Assembly: GCF_006345805.1 (NCBI RefSeq)
Contig: NC_043000.1
Location: 2,294,001 to 2,358,000, forward strand
DNA length: 64,000 nt
Reading direction: 5' to 3'
Source: Octopus sinensis
Taxonomy: Eukaryota
Shown here: piece by piece, positions 1-12,022 of the stretch
How positions within the stretch are numbered: the first letter of the stretch is position 1
How the letters are laid out: every line of letters starts with the position of its first letter
The notes under the pieces: generated by a model
Database searches by the model: none
What the model was told of the DNA's origin: nothing
Seen by the model: only the letters and a program-made list of their open reading frames with translations
Program-made: the position numbers and the translations under genes

Positions 1-179
1 GATGCTGGTGTGTTTACGTCCCCGTCACTTAGCGGTTCGGCAAAAGAGACTGATAGAATAAGTACTGGGCTTACAAAGAATAAGTCCCAGGGTCGATTCG
101 GTCAACTAAAGGTGGTGCTCCAGCATGGCCGCAGTCAAATGACTGAAACAAGTAAAAGAGTAAAAGAGTAAAGAGAGTA
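1..179 (+). mobile_element. SINE family A, 3' part (cut by window edge)
   Basis: Matches the 3' half and (GTAAAAGA)n tail of the full copies, e.g. 10034-10468. Confidence 0.9.
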
Positions 180-769
180 ATATATATGTATGTTAATGGT
201 GTAAATATTAAGTGTTTGGTTTGTATGTATCATAGACTGTGTTTGGTTTGTGTGGGAGTGTAGTTATGGAGATGTGCATGTATGTGAATGGTGTAACTAT
301 TGATGTGTGATAGGGAAATTTAGTGATGTATGTAAGGAATATTTTATAAGACATGACAAACACATACAAATCAATTCTGTGTAAGAATGTACTTCTATGG
401 GGTTATAAACCATGGAGAGAAAATATAGGATGAACAACCAAAAGTTAATGATTTCAATCTAGTAGTACCCAATCAGATTTGGTTTAGTCAGATTTATACA
501 TGTGGGTTTGGTAATCGGTGAATGAGATAAATTACTTTACAAATCTTACTGCATATGAATTAATTAATTTTAAAGAGGAAATGTGTGTAAAATATACGTA
601 GCTTTTCTCTGAAGCAATGTTGGTGTTATAATTTATAGAAAGAACATTTTTAATCTGACCAAGAATTGCAACTTCGTATAAGTGGGGTCACATAAGCCTT
701 TGAATAGTCAGTGTCCTTCATTCTCTCTCTCTCTCTCTGTCTCTCTCCATCTAGCTATCTATCTATCTG

Positions 770-1191
770 TCACGTAAAAGCACCATCCGTTTGTGTCCGT
801 TGCCAGCCTCGCCTGGCCCCCGTGCCGGTGGCACGTAAAAGCACCATCCGCTCGTGTCCGTTGCCAGCCTCGCCTGGCCCCCGTGCCGGTGGCACGTAAA
901 AGCACCATCCGCTCGTGTCCATTGCCAGCTCCACCTGGCCCCCGTGCCGGTGGCACGTAAAAACACCATCTGTTTGTGGCTGTTTGCCAGCTCCATCTGG
1001 CACCTGTGCAGGTGGCACGTAAAAAGCACCCACTACACTCACGGAGTGGTTGGCGTCAGGAAGGGCATCCAGCCGTAGAAACACTGCCAGATCTGACTGG
1101 GCCTGATGAAGCCTTCCGGCTTCCCACACCCCAGTTGAACCGTCCAACCCATGCTAGCATGGAAAATGGATGCTAAATGATGATGATGATG
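770..1191 (+). mobile_element. Family C repeat (RTE-LINE 3' UTR-type end) with about 4 internal 61-bp tandem units and (GAT)n tail
   Basis: GCACCATCCG recurs at 780, 841 and 902. Has the conserved GGAAGGGCATCCAG..CCAACCCATGCTAGCATGG block and (GAT)n tail. Confidence 0.85.
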
Positions 1192-1436
1192 TTTGTTTTT
1201 ATGGTCAGTTATGATAAAAATAATTTTACATTAGTCTGAAGGGTTACTCTATACATTTGTAGAGTACAAATTTATTATTCTTGACAGTGGCTTAGCTGGC
1301 CAAACTTCGAAGTCACTGTCAACGATATACTTATTTAAGAATATATATATATATATATACACCTATCTATCTGTCACGTAAAAGCACCATCCATTTGTGT
1401 CCGTTGCCAGCCTTGCCTGGCCCCCGTGCCGGTGGT

Positions 1437-1645
1437 TAGATGCAGCACGGACTTTGTCAGTGAACAGGTCGCGGATTTTAGCGACGAAAATATTTTGACA
1501 AATTAAACTTAAATGTTGAAGTGAATCGAACGGTTTTTGTGTGTTTCTTAAATGGCTTATAAACACCTTCCACGCTGCAATTGTTTTCGTTTCAGCACAC
1601 GATCTCAGATCAAATTACTTGCTATGCGAGTACATCTCCATAATA
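1437..1645 (+). mobile_element. Hammerhead-bearing non-coding element (Penelope-like remnant, inferred), same family as 5582-5885
   Basis: Closely similar to 5661-5885. Ends at a (TA)n run and contains a hammerhead motif. Confidence 0.6.
1453..1502 (+). ncRNA. Type I hammerhead ribozyme motif, G3-C8 core variant
   Basis: TTTGTCA-GTGAACA-G-GTCGC(ggatttta)GCGAC-GAA-AATATT-T-TGACAAA: 7-bp stem I, 5-bp stem II, palindromic stem III. Confidence 0.6.
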
Positions 1646-1667
1646 TATATATATATATATATATATA

Positions 1668-1981
1668 ATATCAGCGTGATCACCGTGACCGACCAGGCTA
1701 TCAGATGTTGCTACACATCGCTGGTCACAATGCGCTTCGCATTGTTTTAGCCTTCGAATGATGCCACCCCGCTGACTAAGCGAGCAGGCCAACAGAAGAA
1801 AGAGTGAGAGAAAGTTGTGGCGAAAGAGTACAGCTGGGATCGCCACCACCCTCTGCCGGAGCCTCGTGGAGTTTTTGGTGTTTTCGCTCAATAAACACTC
1901 ACAACGCCCGGTCTTGGAATCGAAACCGCGATCCTACGACCGTGAGTCCGCTGCCCTAACCACTGGGCCATTGCGCCTCCA
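1668..1981 (-). mobile_element. tRNA-derived SINE family D
   Basis: Minus-strand head GGAGGCGCAATGGCCCAGTGGTTAGGGCAGCGGACTC..GGTTTCGATTCC with A/B-box-like motifs. Head shared with 52987-53300. Confidence 0.85.
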
Positions 1982-2278
1982 TATATATATATATGTATGT
2001 AATATTTTGGACTAATAGGTATATAACTGAAGTGGACAAATAATGACATGACTGGCCAAACTCAGGATCTTTTGCGAGATGCCACTTTATCTATGAATGC
2101 ACCTGATCTGACCCAGAGTACAAAATTGATGCAACATAACATGATGCACAGCATCCCATTCATGAAGGACAGTCGCAGGATGGGTTGAAACGATTGTCAT
2201 ACAAAATAGTTATCCCAAATCCATCTTCTGTTTCCTTATTATATATATATATATCTTCTTTTTCAGTTATTATATATA

Positions 2279-2313
<35 letters not shown>

Positions 2314-2316
<3 letters not shown>

Positions 2317-2484
2317 GCAGGAGTGGCTGTGTGGTAAGTAGCTTGCTAACCAACCACATGGTTCCGGGTTCAGTCCCACTGCGTGGCATCTTGGGCAAGT
2401 GTCTTCTGCTATAGCCCCGGGCTGACCAATGCCTTGTGAGTGGATTTGGTAGACGGAAACTGAAAGAAGCCTGTCGTATATATG

Positions 2485-2524
<40 letters not shown>

Positions 2525-2706
2525 TTGTGTGTCTGTGTTTGTCCCCCTAGCATTGCTTGACAACCGATGCTGGTGTGTTTACGTCCCCGTCACTTAGCGG
2601 TTCGGCAAAAGAGACCGATAGAATAAGTACTGGGCTTACAAAGAATAAGTCCCGGGTTCGATTTGGCCGCAGTCAAATGACTGAAACAAGTAAAAGAGTA
2701 AAAGAG

Positions 2707-2707
<1 letters not shown>
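2314..2707 (+). mobile_element. tRNA-derived SINE family A with internal (TA)n(TG)n
   Basis: Head TGGCTGTGTGGTAAG..GGTTCAGTCCC, CORE-like TTGGGCAAGT block, (GTAAAAGA)n tail; small internal deletion. Confidence 0.9.
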
Positions 2708-2741
<34 letters not shown>

Positions 2742-2776
2742 GTGTGTGTGTATATATATATATATGTATGTATGTT

Positions 2777-2824
<48 letters not shown>

Positions 2825-3114
2825 CATATACACATATATGAGGTCTCATCAATAAGTATCTGGACTGTTGCCATAGTAACGAAGTTAAAGCATGCAGAGT
2901 GAAGCCACTTGGCACAGATTGACCTTGAGTTCTGCTGTGGATGAGCACTAAGTTTTAACATTTTAGCTCATTTCTGTAAATGACTTAGCTCCTCCCACAA
3001 ACTTGCTGGTTTTCTACCAACCAAAATTTGAAACCAATATTAGAAGTGCTGCAGTAGAGTAGCAAGCTGGTAGAATTATTAGCATACCAGAGAAAATGCT
3101 TAACAGCATTTCTC

Positions 3115-3515
3115 AAGCGAGGTTGTTGCCAGTGCCACTGGACCGGATCCTGTGCAGGTGGCACGTAAAAAACACCATTTGAGTGTGGCCATTGCCAGTA
3201 CCGCCTGACTGGCCCTCTTGCCGGTAGCACGTAAAAGCACCCACTACGATCTTGGAGTGGTTGGCCTTAGTGGCATGTGAAAAAAACATTCGAGCGAGGT
3301 TATTGCAAGTACCGCCTGACTGGCCCCCGTGCTTGTGGCACGTAAAAGCACGCACTACACTCTTGGAGTGGTTGGCTTTAGGAAGGGCATCCAGCTCTAG
3401 AAACCCGTCAGATGAGATTGGAGCCTGGTGCAACCATCTGGTTCGCCAGTCCCCAGTCAAATCATCCAACCTATGCTAGCATGGAAAGCAGACATTAAAT
3501 GATGATGATGATGAT
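3115..3515 (+). mobile_element. Family C repeat, variant subfamily
   Basis: GGCACGTAAAAGCAC units, GGAAGGGCATCCAG block, (GAT)n tail. Confidence 0.8.
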
Positions 3516-4227
3516 AATATATTCTAAGATCAAATTCTACCAAGTTTGAATTTGCCTTTAATCAAAGAAACGAGTATCATTTGATGTAATCGAATAGCTT
3601 GTAGGCCTTGTGCCTATCGTAGGAAGAAATATTAGAAGTACCAGTAGCATTAATACTTATGATAGTAACTAGTCATAAATACAAAGTGGTATTCATGGCA
3701 ATGCAATGTAGGACTTGTGGTTGTCAAACCAAGTGCCAGTCATACATAGTTGCCAATGTCAGCATTTTTGTAGCATTTGACAGTAGTGTCCTCCTTACGG
3801 TTTGCTAATACCATTGGTGGTATGGCCATACCAATGATATTGGTGCGCAAATCAGATTAGCTATAAACGCAGCTTCAGTTTTCTCAAGCTTTGGAATGGA
3901 AAACATAAGAACCTCTGAGAAGAAATATTTACTGTAAGGCAGTGAAGGCAGTGCTGGTTGGGTTTGCTGTTGGCGGTAGTGGTGATGGTAGGTGGATTAA
4001 ACTAATCCATCTCTAGAATACTGTACAATGAGATGTTCATAGAAATTGGTCTATCCAGAACAAGATATTCCGAATGTGTAGTAAGAATATGGATCCAAGA
4101 TATTACTGTGTCAGTCTTATTTTTGAATTTCTACTGCAGCATTGGCTCTAATCAATCTTCTTTGTCTTTCTGTTTCTCTTGTCTCTTTCTTCCTTCTTTT
4201 TCTCTCTTCCTCTCTCATATATATACA

Positions 4228-4296
<69 letters not shown>

Positions 4297-4299
4297 CGC

Positions 4300-4365
<66 letters not shown>

Positions 4366-4650
4366 CGCACTCACATATATACACACATACAAAGTTTGTC
4401 TATTGTTTGTTCCTCTTTTATGTATATATATTTATATATATACATACATACACACACACATACAGACATATATATATATAATATATATATTTCTTCTTTC
4501 ATTCTTTTACTTATTTCAGTGACTGGAATGCAACCATACTAGAGTAGCGCCTTGAAAGCTGTTAGTTGATCTTATTTCAAGTTAGCCTTGATACTGCAGA
4601 ACTATATTCAATGACACTCCAATTTTAGCATATCAGTCTATCATCGAGAA

Positions 4651-4973
4651 CAGGGCTTCTCAACTATTTTTTATCTATGGACCCCTTTGATTACTATTTT
4701 ATTCTGGTGGTCCCCCTTCACCATTTTGATGTTTAAAAACTAGTTTTCCAGAAACTTCTTTCAAAATTCCTATTTTAATTTTCACACATCAACTTGGGTG
4801 TGTTGAACTATGTGAAATGTTGGAGAAAGAAACCTAGCTGTTTCTTGCAATACATATATCTAAAGCAAAATTCTTTCAGGAACCCTTAAGATACTACTGG
4901 GGATCCCAAATTTGCCATTTTGTTGCATAGACCCCACCAAAAATCTTATATGGACCCCAGTTGAGAACCACTG
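4651..4973. mobile_element. hAT (Charlie-like) MITE
   Basis: TIRs CAGGGCTTCTCAACT / AGTTGAGAACCACTG. Imperfect 8-bp TSD ATCGAGAA / ATCTAGAG. Confidence 0.75.
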
Positions 4974-5010
4974 ATCTAGAGCAAGGCTTCTCAAGCTTTT
5001 TACTTTATAT

Positions 5011-5206
5011 ACCTGTGCAGGTGGCACGTAAAAAGCACCCACTACACTCAAGGAGTGGTTGGCGTTAGGAAGGGCATCCAGCTGTAGAAACATTGCCAGA
5101 TCAGACTGGAGCCTGGTGCAGCCTCCTGGCTTCCCAGATCCCCGGTCGAACCGTCCAACCCATGCTAGCATGGAGAACGGACGTTAAACGATGATGATGA
5201 TGATGA
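5011..5206 (+). mobile_element. Family C repeat, short 3' end
   Basis: Conserved 3' block plus (GAT)n tail. Confidence 0.85.
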
Positions 5207-5348
5207 TACCTCTTGTAACAAAATTTAATTTCCATTCAATCCCAGACAAATTGATTGAATATTGAATTACAAAACATACCTAATTTACCAATATTTAATA
5301 CAATTTGCATGAGAAAAGAATCAGTGAACAGTATGTGCAAATATACCT

Positions 5349-5571
5349 GTAACCTTTAGCATTTAAACAGGCCATATCCAGCCTGGATATTTGATCTGTT
5401 TTAAGTTCAAACTGGCCCGGTGTGGCTTCTCACTCCTACACTACAATGTAATTCTAATAATAAAGGCATCATTGAAATCTCAAAGCTGTGACATGAGGTA
5501 TAATTAATTTGAAAGCATGTGAATAAACAAGCATTACAGTTAACGGATTAATCTGAACACTAAAGGGTTAA
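5349..5571. mobile_element. piggyBac-like MITE (inverted copy of 19185-19411)
   Basis: Ends TAACCTTTAG..CTAAAGGGTTAA. Interior matches the reverse complement of 19185-19411. Confidence 0.65.
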
Positions 5572-5581
5572 TGATTGAAAT

Positions 5582-5885
5582 ATTGCAGCGTGGAAGGTGT
5601 TTATAAGCCGTTTAAGAAACACACAAAAACCGTTAGATTCACTTCAACATTTAAATTTAATTTGTCAAAATAATTTTCGTCGCTTTGAGACTGCGACCTG
5701 TTCACTGATAAAATTCCGTGCTGCATCAAAATATTTTGACAAATTAAATTTAAATTTTGAAGTGAATCTAATGGTTTTTGTGTGTTTCTTAAATGGCTTA
5801 TAAACACCTTCCACACTGCAATTGTTTTCGTTCCAGCACACAATCTCAGATCAGGTCACTTGCTATGCAAGTACATCTCCGTAAT
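5582..5885. mobile_element. Fold-back element: about 90-bp inverted arms (5582-5671 / 5731-5822) around a hammerhead
   Basis: Arms are near-exact reverse complements. The antiparallel ORFs 5597-5803 and 5601-5843 translate similarly for that reason. Confidence 0.8.
5661..5712 (-). ncRNA. Type I hammerhead motif, G3-C8 core variant
   Basis: Minus strand TTTATCA-GTGAACA-G-GTCGC(agtctcaaa)GCGAC-GAA-AATTATT-T-TGACAAA. Confidence 0.55.
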
Positions 5886-6216
5886 AGATTGAAATATTTG
5901 TTAATGGGAAAGTTAAATGGACACAGAGAAGATTATGAATATTAGGTTGCAGGTTTTTAGGTTTGAACTGCATATCACTGCATTCTATTTTCGAAGTGCT
6001 TCTTTACTTGCTTAGTAAATTATGGATGTGGCTAAATCCAAATTCTTTCTTTTATGAAATTGGAAAAGCTAGTAAAATGGGCTCAGCAGCTGCACAAGGC
6101 TTGGGATATTTTGCTTGGAAAATTAAAATTCACCTTGTGGAACCCCAGGCTTTTATATCCCTATCAAACTTTTTGTCACCCCAACCTACATCCACTAGGA
6201 TGATTGATGTTTTGGC

Positions 6217-6634
6217 CAATTCTACTATATGGCTCAGAAACCTGGACGTTATCAAAGAAGCTTGAGAGGCGGTTGGATGGAACCTACACTCGCCTCCTTA
6301 TGAGAGCTCAAAATCTCTCGTGGAAGCGCCATCCAACCAAAATGCAAATATATGGGAAACTACCACCTGTGTCATCTCTTGTGAAAGGTAGGAGAGTCCA
6401 GTTTGCTGGACATTGTTGTAGAGCTGAAAAAGAGGTAATTTCTACTCTTCTCCTCTGGAAGCCATCTACTCGCAGTACCAGAGGGCGCACACTCTCCTAC
6501 CCTGATGTAATCTCCAGGGATACAGGCATCCAGCAACAGGACCTCCGTAATGCCAAGATGGACCGTGAAGTCTGGCGTAGCATGGTGAATTCCACTGTCT
6601 CGACCACGGTCGAACAATGATGATGATGATGATG
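6217..6634 (+). mobile_element. 5'-truncated RTE-clade LINE (C-terminal ORF2 fragment) with (TGA)n tail
   Basis: ILLYGSETWTL..RRVQFAGH..DREVWR motifs typical of RTE elements downstream of the RT domain. TSD TGATGTTTTGGC on both sides. Confidence 0.9.
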
Positions 6635-6664
6635 TTTTGGCAGGGGTCTATATGGTTCACTTTG

Positions 6665-6990
6665 TGAAGGCACGTGGCTTAGTGGTTAGGGGCATTCGGC
6701 TCATGATCATAAGGTTGTGAGTTCAATTCCTGGTGATGCATTGTGTCCTTGAGCAAGGCAGTTTATTTCATGCTGCTCCAATCCACTCAGCTGGCAAAAA
6801 TGAGTAGTACCTGTATTTCAAAAGGTCAGCCTTGTCACATTTTGTGTTACACTGAATCTCCCCGAGAACTACGTGTTAAGGGTACACGTGTTTGTGGAGT
6901 GCTCAGTCACTTGCATGTTAATTTTACGAATAAGCTGTTCCGTTGATCGTATCAGCTGGGACCCTCGTCACCGCAACCGACAGAGTGCTC
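6665..6990 (+). mobile_element. tRNA-derived CORE-like SINE (family E)
   Basis: TGGCTTAGTGGTTAG / GAGTTCAATTCC boxes and TGTGTCCTTGAGCAAG block. 17-bp TSD CTATATGGTTCACTTTG at 6648 and 6991. Confidence 0.85.
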
Positions 6991-7390
6991 CTATATGGTT
7001 CACTTTGAGAAACCTTGATCTAGAGTAGAGGCTCCTTCTTTCCCTTATGGCAGCATATCAGTCTCATAAGACCATAGATCTTTATCTGGAGAATTTAAAG
7101 TTCTTGTTGATAGAGCAACATCTCTTATGGCTTTAGAGGCTCACACAACCCTGATAGTCTTGGCCAGAGTGTTCACTTGTGAAAGCACTGTTTGCCATTG
7201 TAATGCTTAAACTGTAATGTTATATTTGGTGGTGGATATGCTAGAACTGGAATGTCTTTGATTATAGTACAACTGCTTCAAGGCTAACTTTAAAGAAGTA
7301 CTGGAGTTGATAGAATTAACTAATAGCCTTCGAGGCAGTGTCCCAGCATGGTCACATTTCAACAACTGAAACAAGTAAAGAAATAAGTAT

Positions 7391-7664
7391 ATCATCATCA
7401 TCATTTAACGTCCGTTTTCCATGCTGGCATGGGTTGGATGGTTCAACTGGGGTCTGGGAAGCCAGAAGGCTGCACCAAGCCCAGTCTGATCTGGCAGTGT
7501 TTCTACAGCTGGATGCCCTTCCTAACGCCTACCACTCCATGAGTGTAGTGGGTGCTTTTTACGTGCCACCAGCACAGGTGCCAGACGGGGCTGGCAGACG
7601 GCCACAATCAGATGGTGCTTTTTACGTGCCACCAGCACGGGGACCAGACGAAGCTGGCAACGGC

Positions 7665-7668
<4 letters not shown>
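7391..7668 (-). mobile_element. Family C repeat
   Basis: (CAT)n followed by the reverse complement of the conserved block. Confidence 0.85.
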
Positions 7669-7697
<29 letters not shown>

Positions 7698-7905
7698 AAT
7701 GTACAAAAAAAGTTAAGTAGATAGAGGCTTTAGTATACTTTTCTTCAGCAGCAAGCTGCAATCTCAGCTACTTTTGAAACCTCTTCCTAGTTCCTCTGTG
7801 TTATATCACCATGGTGTTTTGTTGGGTTATTGAGTTCAACTTCTTCTCCCTTGTGCCCAAAACTTATGTACCCAAGAACAAGGAGTTGAATTTATTTCAG
7901 GATTA

Positions 7906-8261
7906 TCTGTTTCAAAGGATGCCAGAATGGATTTGATTTTGGTACCTCAGTTGGACAACTACAACTACACATCTAAACAAACAGTATAAATTGTTTGTGT
8001 TGTTCTAAGTTAAATTTTATCTCAATATTTCCAGCATTAATCTTTTTAGATTATTGACAAAGAACCTACACATTTCTGTTGGTCTATTTCAAAGGATGCC
8101 AGAGTGGATCCGATTTTGGTGCCTAAGTTGGACAACTATGACTACACATCTAAACAAACAGTATAAATTGTTTGTGCTGATCTAAGTTAAATTTTTTTTT
8201 TCAATATTTCCAGAATTAATCTTTTAAGATTATTGACAGAGAAACTACTCATTTCTGTTGG
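7906..8261. repeat. Tandem duplication, 2 x about 177 bp
   Basis: TCTRTTTCAAAGGATGCCAG starts at 7906 and 8083. Confidence 0.85.
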
Positions 8262-8609
8262 AATATTGCCAAGTTTCTCAGTGAAATTCTTTCCTGAAAT
8301 TGTATAGATGAGTTGAACGATGGCCAAGAATGTACATCTGTAACCATTTCTGCCTGTTTTTCTGAAAGTTGGCACTAAATGTTTTGATAGGAAGCAAAGA
8401 AAGAGTGACTTGATCCTTATTACAGGCTTCATGCTCACTGCAAGAACATCTGTAAAAGTAACCAGAAGTACTAGAAAAATAATAGAGTTAATAAAGTAAT
8501 AGCGTTATATGATTTGTTTGTGGGCAGAGGAAGGGTGCTAATAATACAATAGACCACATGATATTTAGGACATTTTAAAGGCGGAATAGAATCAGTAACA
8601 ACAAAAACA

Positions 8610-8652
<43 letters not shown>

Positions 8653-9133
8653 TAATAATAATGATAATGATGATAATAATGATAATAATAATAATAATAT
8701 AATGATGATGATGATGATGATGATAATAATGATGATAATAATAATAATGATGATAATAATAATAATGATAATAATAATAATAATGATAATAATAATAATA
8801 ATGATGATAATGATAATAATAATAATAATAATGATGATAATAATAATGATGATAATAATAATAATGATAATGATGATAATAATAATTATTTCTTTACTGC
8901 CCACAAGGGGCTAAACATAGAGGGGACAAACAGGGACAGACAAAGGGATTAAGTCGATTACATCAACTCCAGTGCGTAACTGGTACATTATTTATCGACC
9001 CCGAAAGGATGAAAGGCAAAGTCGACCTTGATGATAATAATAATAATAATAATAATGATGATAGTAATAATAATAATAATGAGGATAATAATAATAATAA
9101 TGATAATAATAATAATAATAATATAATAATAAT
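8610..9133. repeat. (AAT/GAT)n microsatellite containing a SINE B fragment (8889-9030, minus)
   Basis: Read directly from the sequence. Confidence 0.9.
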
Positions 9134-10033
9134 AGCTAATGCAGTATTTAGTATCTGTTGAAGAGCAGAGTTGAGGCTCTAATAATATAACAGGTAATAC
9201 AATATGTAAGATCTGTTATAGGGTACAAGTTAGGAGCCCTAATGGTTGTAGTAAGTCATGTGGGATTCAGGATATGTTTCTAGGAGTGACTGGGGTTAAT
9301 GGGGGTAGTGATGATTGCAATACGGTAAAGAGAAAATAAATAAATGCAGAATACACTGAAAGAAATGGCAGTGGTAGTGGTGGTGGTGGTGTGGTGGTGG
9401 TGGTGTATCTATATAAAGTACCATTTCTTATAGATCAGAATGGGTAGTAGTTGTAGTGGCAGTGACAGTAGTGGTGGTGGTGGTGGTGGTGGTGGTGGTA
9501 GTGGCAGCAGTGGTGGTGTGGATTGGGGGGGTGGGTGGTATTGCACACAGTGGTATATTTGGAAATGGTGCCTGTCATTCTATGATAATCTTTGTAGTCT
9601 TGGCAGCAACAGTGAAGCTGTTCTCTTTTGTCATTTTTTTTTTCCTACTACAGATAATGTATTTTCTTTGGGGAAATTTTCTAAATATTTTTTTTTCTTA
9701 CATATGTTCTCAAAAACTGATGTCTTAGAACAATTGTCTTGAGATGCTAATGCAATATTCATCTCTTTCTTTTTTCTCTCTTTCTGTCACACACCATGTT
9801 CATTTTCTCTCTCTTTCTCCCTCTCTCTCTCTTTCTCCCTCTCTCTCTCTTTCTCTCTTTGTATAAATATATATAAACATATATGTGAGAGTTTATATAT
9901 GTACATCAGGATTTAAATGTGTAGGTGTGTATACATATGTATGTATTTAGCATGATTCAGAATTCCCTTTAGCATTTAAATGATATAATAAAATTATTAT
10001 TTTATATTTTGTTCCAATTATTTTGTTACAATA

Positions 10034-10198
10034 GGCGCAGGAGTGGCTGTGTGGTAAGTAGCTTGCTAACCAACCACATGGTTCCGGGTTCAGTCCCACT
10101 GCGTGGCATCTTGGGCAAGTGTCTTCTACTATAGCCTCGGGCCGACCAATGCCTTGTGAGTGGATTTGGTAGACGGAAACTGAAAGAAGCCTGTTGTA

Positions 10199-10244
<46 letters not shown>

Positions 10245-10468
10245 TGTGTGTGTATATGTTTGTGTGTCTGTGTTTGTCCCCCTAGCATTGCTTGACAACC
10301 GATGGTGGTGTATTTACGTCCCCGTCACTTAGTGGTTCGGCAAAAGAGACCGATAGAATTAGTACTGGGCTTACAAAGAATAAGTCCTGGTGTCGATTTG
10401 CTCGACTAAAGGCGGTGCTCCAGCATGGCCGTAGTCAAATGACTGAAACAAGTAAACGAGTAAAGAGT
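10034..10468 (+). mobile_element. SINE family A, full length
   Basis: GGCGCAGGAGTGGCTG head through AAAGAGT tail. Confidence 0.92.
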
Positions 10469-11277
10469 TATATTTTTTATATAATCTTTTGCTTTTTTAT
10501 TGTGAATTCATAAAACACACATGCACAGTGGCTCACACACATATATCAGAAACATGTCACTATCAAAGGACAATATTCATCATCCTAAAAAATGACACAA
10601 TATTTCAGTTTCTGTCTTACCAGTTCCACTCATAAAGTTTTGGTCAGTACATGACTTTAGTATTACACACATTCACCAAAGTGCTACGCAGTGAGATTGA
10701 ACTTGAAACCTCTTACTATAGTGCTATGCATATATTTATGCCTGTACCTGTAAGAAGTTCATTATAGGTGCAAACATGTCTCTGTGGATAAGAAGTTTGT
10801 TTCCAAACCATGTGGTTCCAGGTTCAGTCCCACTGCGTGCTAACATGGAAATATCTACTATTGTAGCCCCAGGTCAACCAAAGCTTTGTGAGTAGATTTG
10901 ATAGATAGATAGAAGCTGTGCATATGTGTCTGTGTGTCTGTCTGTGTGCTTGTACACATCACATTTGTCCAACCCTTATCAGCATGAAAAATGAACATTA
11001 AATTATGATGATGATGATTGTATATGTGAAAGTTTCAAAGTATGAGTTTTGTTGTTGTTGTTGTTAGTTCTCTTGTTAACAAATGATCCAAATCTTTGTG
11101 CCTTTGAAGTGATGTGAAACAAAAGATCAAGAGATTCCTTACCTGAAAACAAGTAGGGTTTGGTGATAGGAATGGCATCTGGTTGCAAAACAATACCTCA
11201 GTAGCATATTTGTCTCTTCTAGGCATGCATTGAAAAACATCTGTAAAAATGAAGGCACAGAAACTGGTCACCATATA

Positions 11278-11312
<35 letters not shown>

Positions 11313-11408
11313 CTGGAGCTCTCCATTCAATAGGTGACCGCGTGTGTATCATTGGTGATTTTTTTTTTTCCCTCCATCTTCCCTTCCTTGGATCTTTCCT
11401 TTTTCAAT

Positions 11409-11442
11409 GTTTCTGACAAAGAGCTCCGCTCGAAACGTTAAA
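11409..11442 (+). ncRNA. Minimal hammerhead-like motif (G8 mutated), same family as 42683-42717
   Basis: GTTT-CTGACAA-A-GAGC(tcc)GCTC-GAA-ACGT-T-AAA, inside a (TA)n-adjacent element at about 11350-11528. Confidence 0.45.
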
Positions 11443-11523
11443 TCGTCCTGCTTTCTTTCCTTCCTATACTTCTTCCACAACCTCGCATTGTTGTGTTTTC
11501 TCTTTGTGTTTTCATGTTTGGAT

Positions 11524-11565
<42 letters not shown>

Positions 11566-11567
<2 letters not shown>

Positions 11568-11967
11568 CGCAGGAGTGGCTGTGTGTTAAGTAGCTTGTTT
11601 ACCAACCACATGGTTCCGGGTTCAGTCCCACTGTGTGGCACCTTGGGCAAGTGTTTTCTACTATAGCCTTGGGCCGACCAAAGCCTTGTGAGTGGATTTG
11701 GTAGACGGAAACTGAAAGAAGCCCGTCGTATATATGTATATATATATACATGCGTGTGTGTGTTTGTCTCCCTAGCATTGCTTGACAACTGATGCTGGTG
11801 TGTTTATGTCCCCGTTACTTAGCAGTTTGGCAAAAGAGACCAATAGAATAAGTACTGGGCTTACAAAAGAATAAGTCCTGGGGTCGAGTTGCTCAATTAA
11901 AGGCGGTGCTCCAGCATGGCCGCAGTCAAATGACTGAAACAAGTAAAAGAGTAAAAGAGTAAAGAGT
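11566..11967 (+). mobile_element. SINE family A, full length
   Basis: Same head, body and tail as the other A copies. Confidence 0.92.
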
Positions 11968-12022
11968 ATATATATATCATCAGTGGATCAAAAAGTTTGA
12001 AGCGGGATATGCATCTACCATT

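Noticed and set aside
1100-1125. CTGATGA in family C (also near 47710)
   Set aside because: It is a variant of CTGGTGCA, with no stem II-GAAA-stem III following.
1900-1981. tRNA gene
   Set aside because: Only a tRNA-like SINE head, without a closed acceptor stem and continuous with the SINE body.
2140-2202. Hammerhead-like GAAACGATTGTC after a hairpin (similar traces near 1237-1280 and 45355-45395)
   Set aside because: The core and stem I are too degenerate to call.
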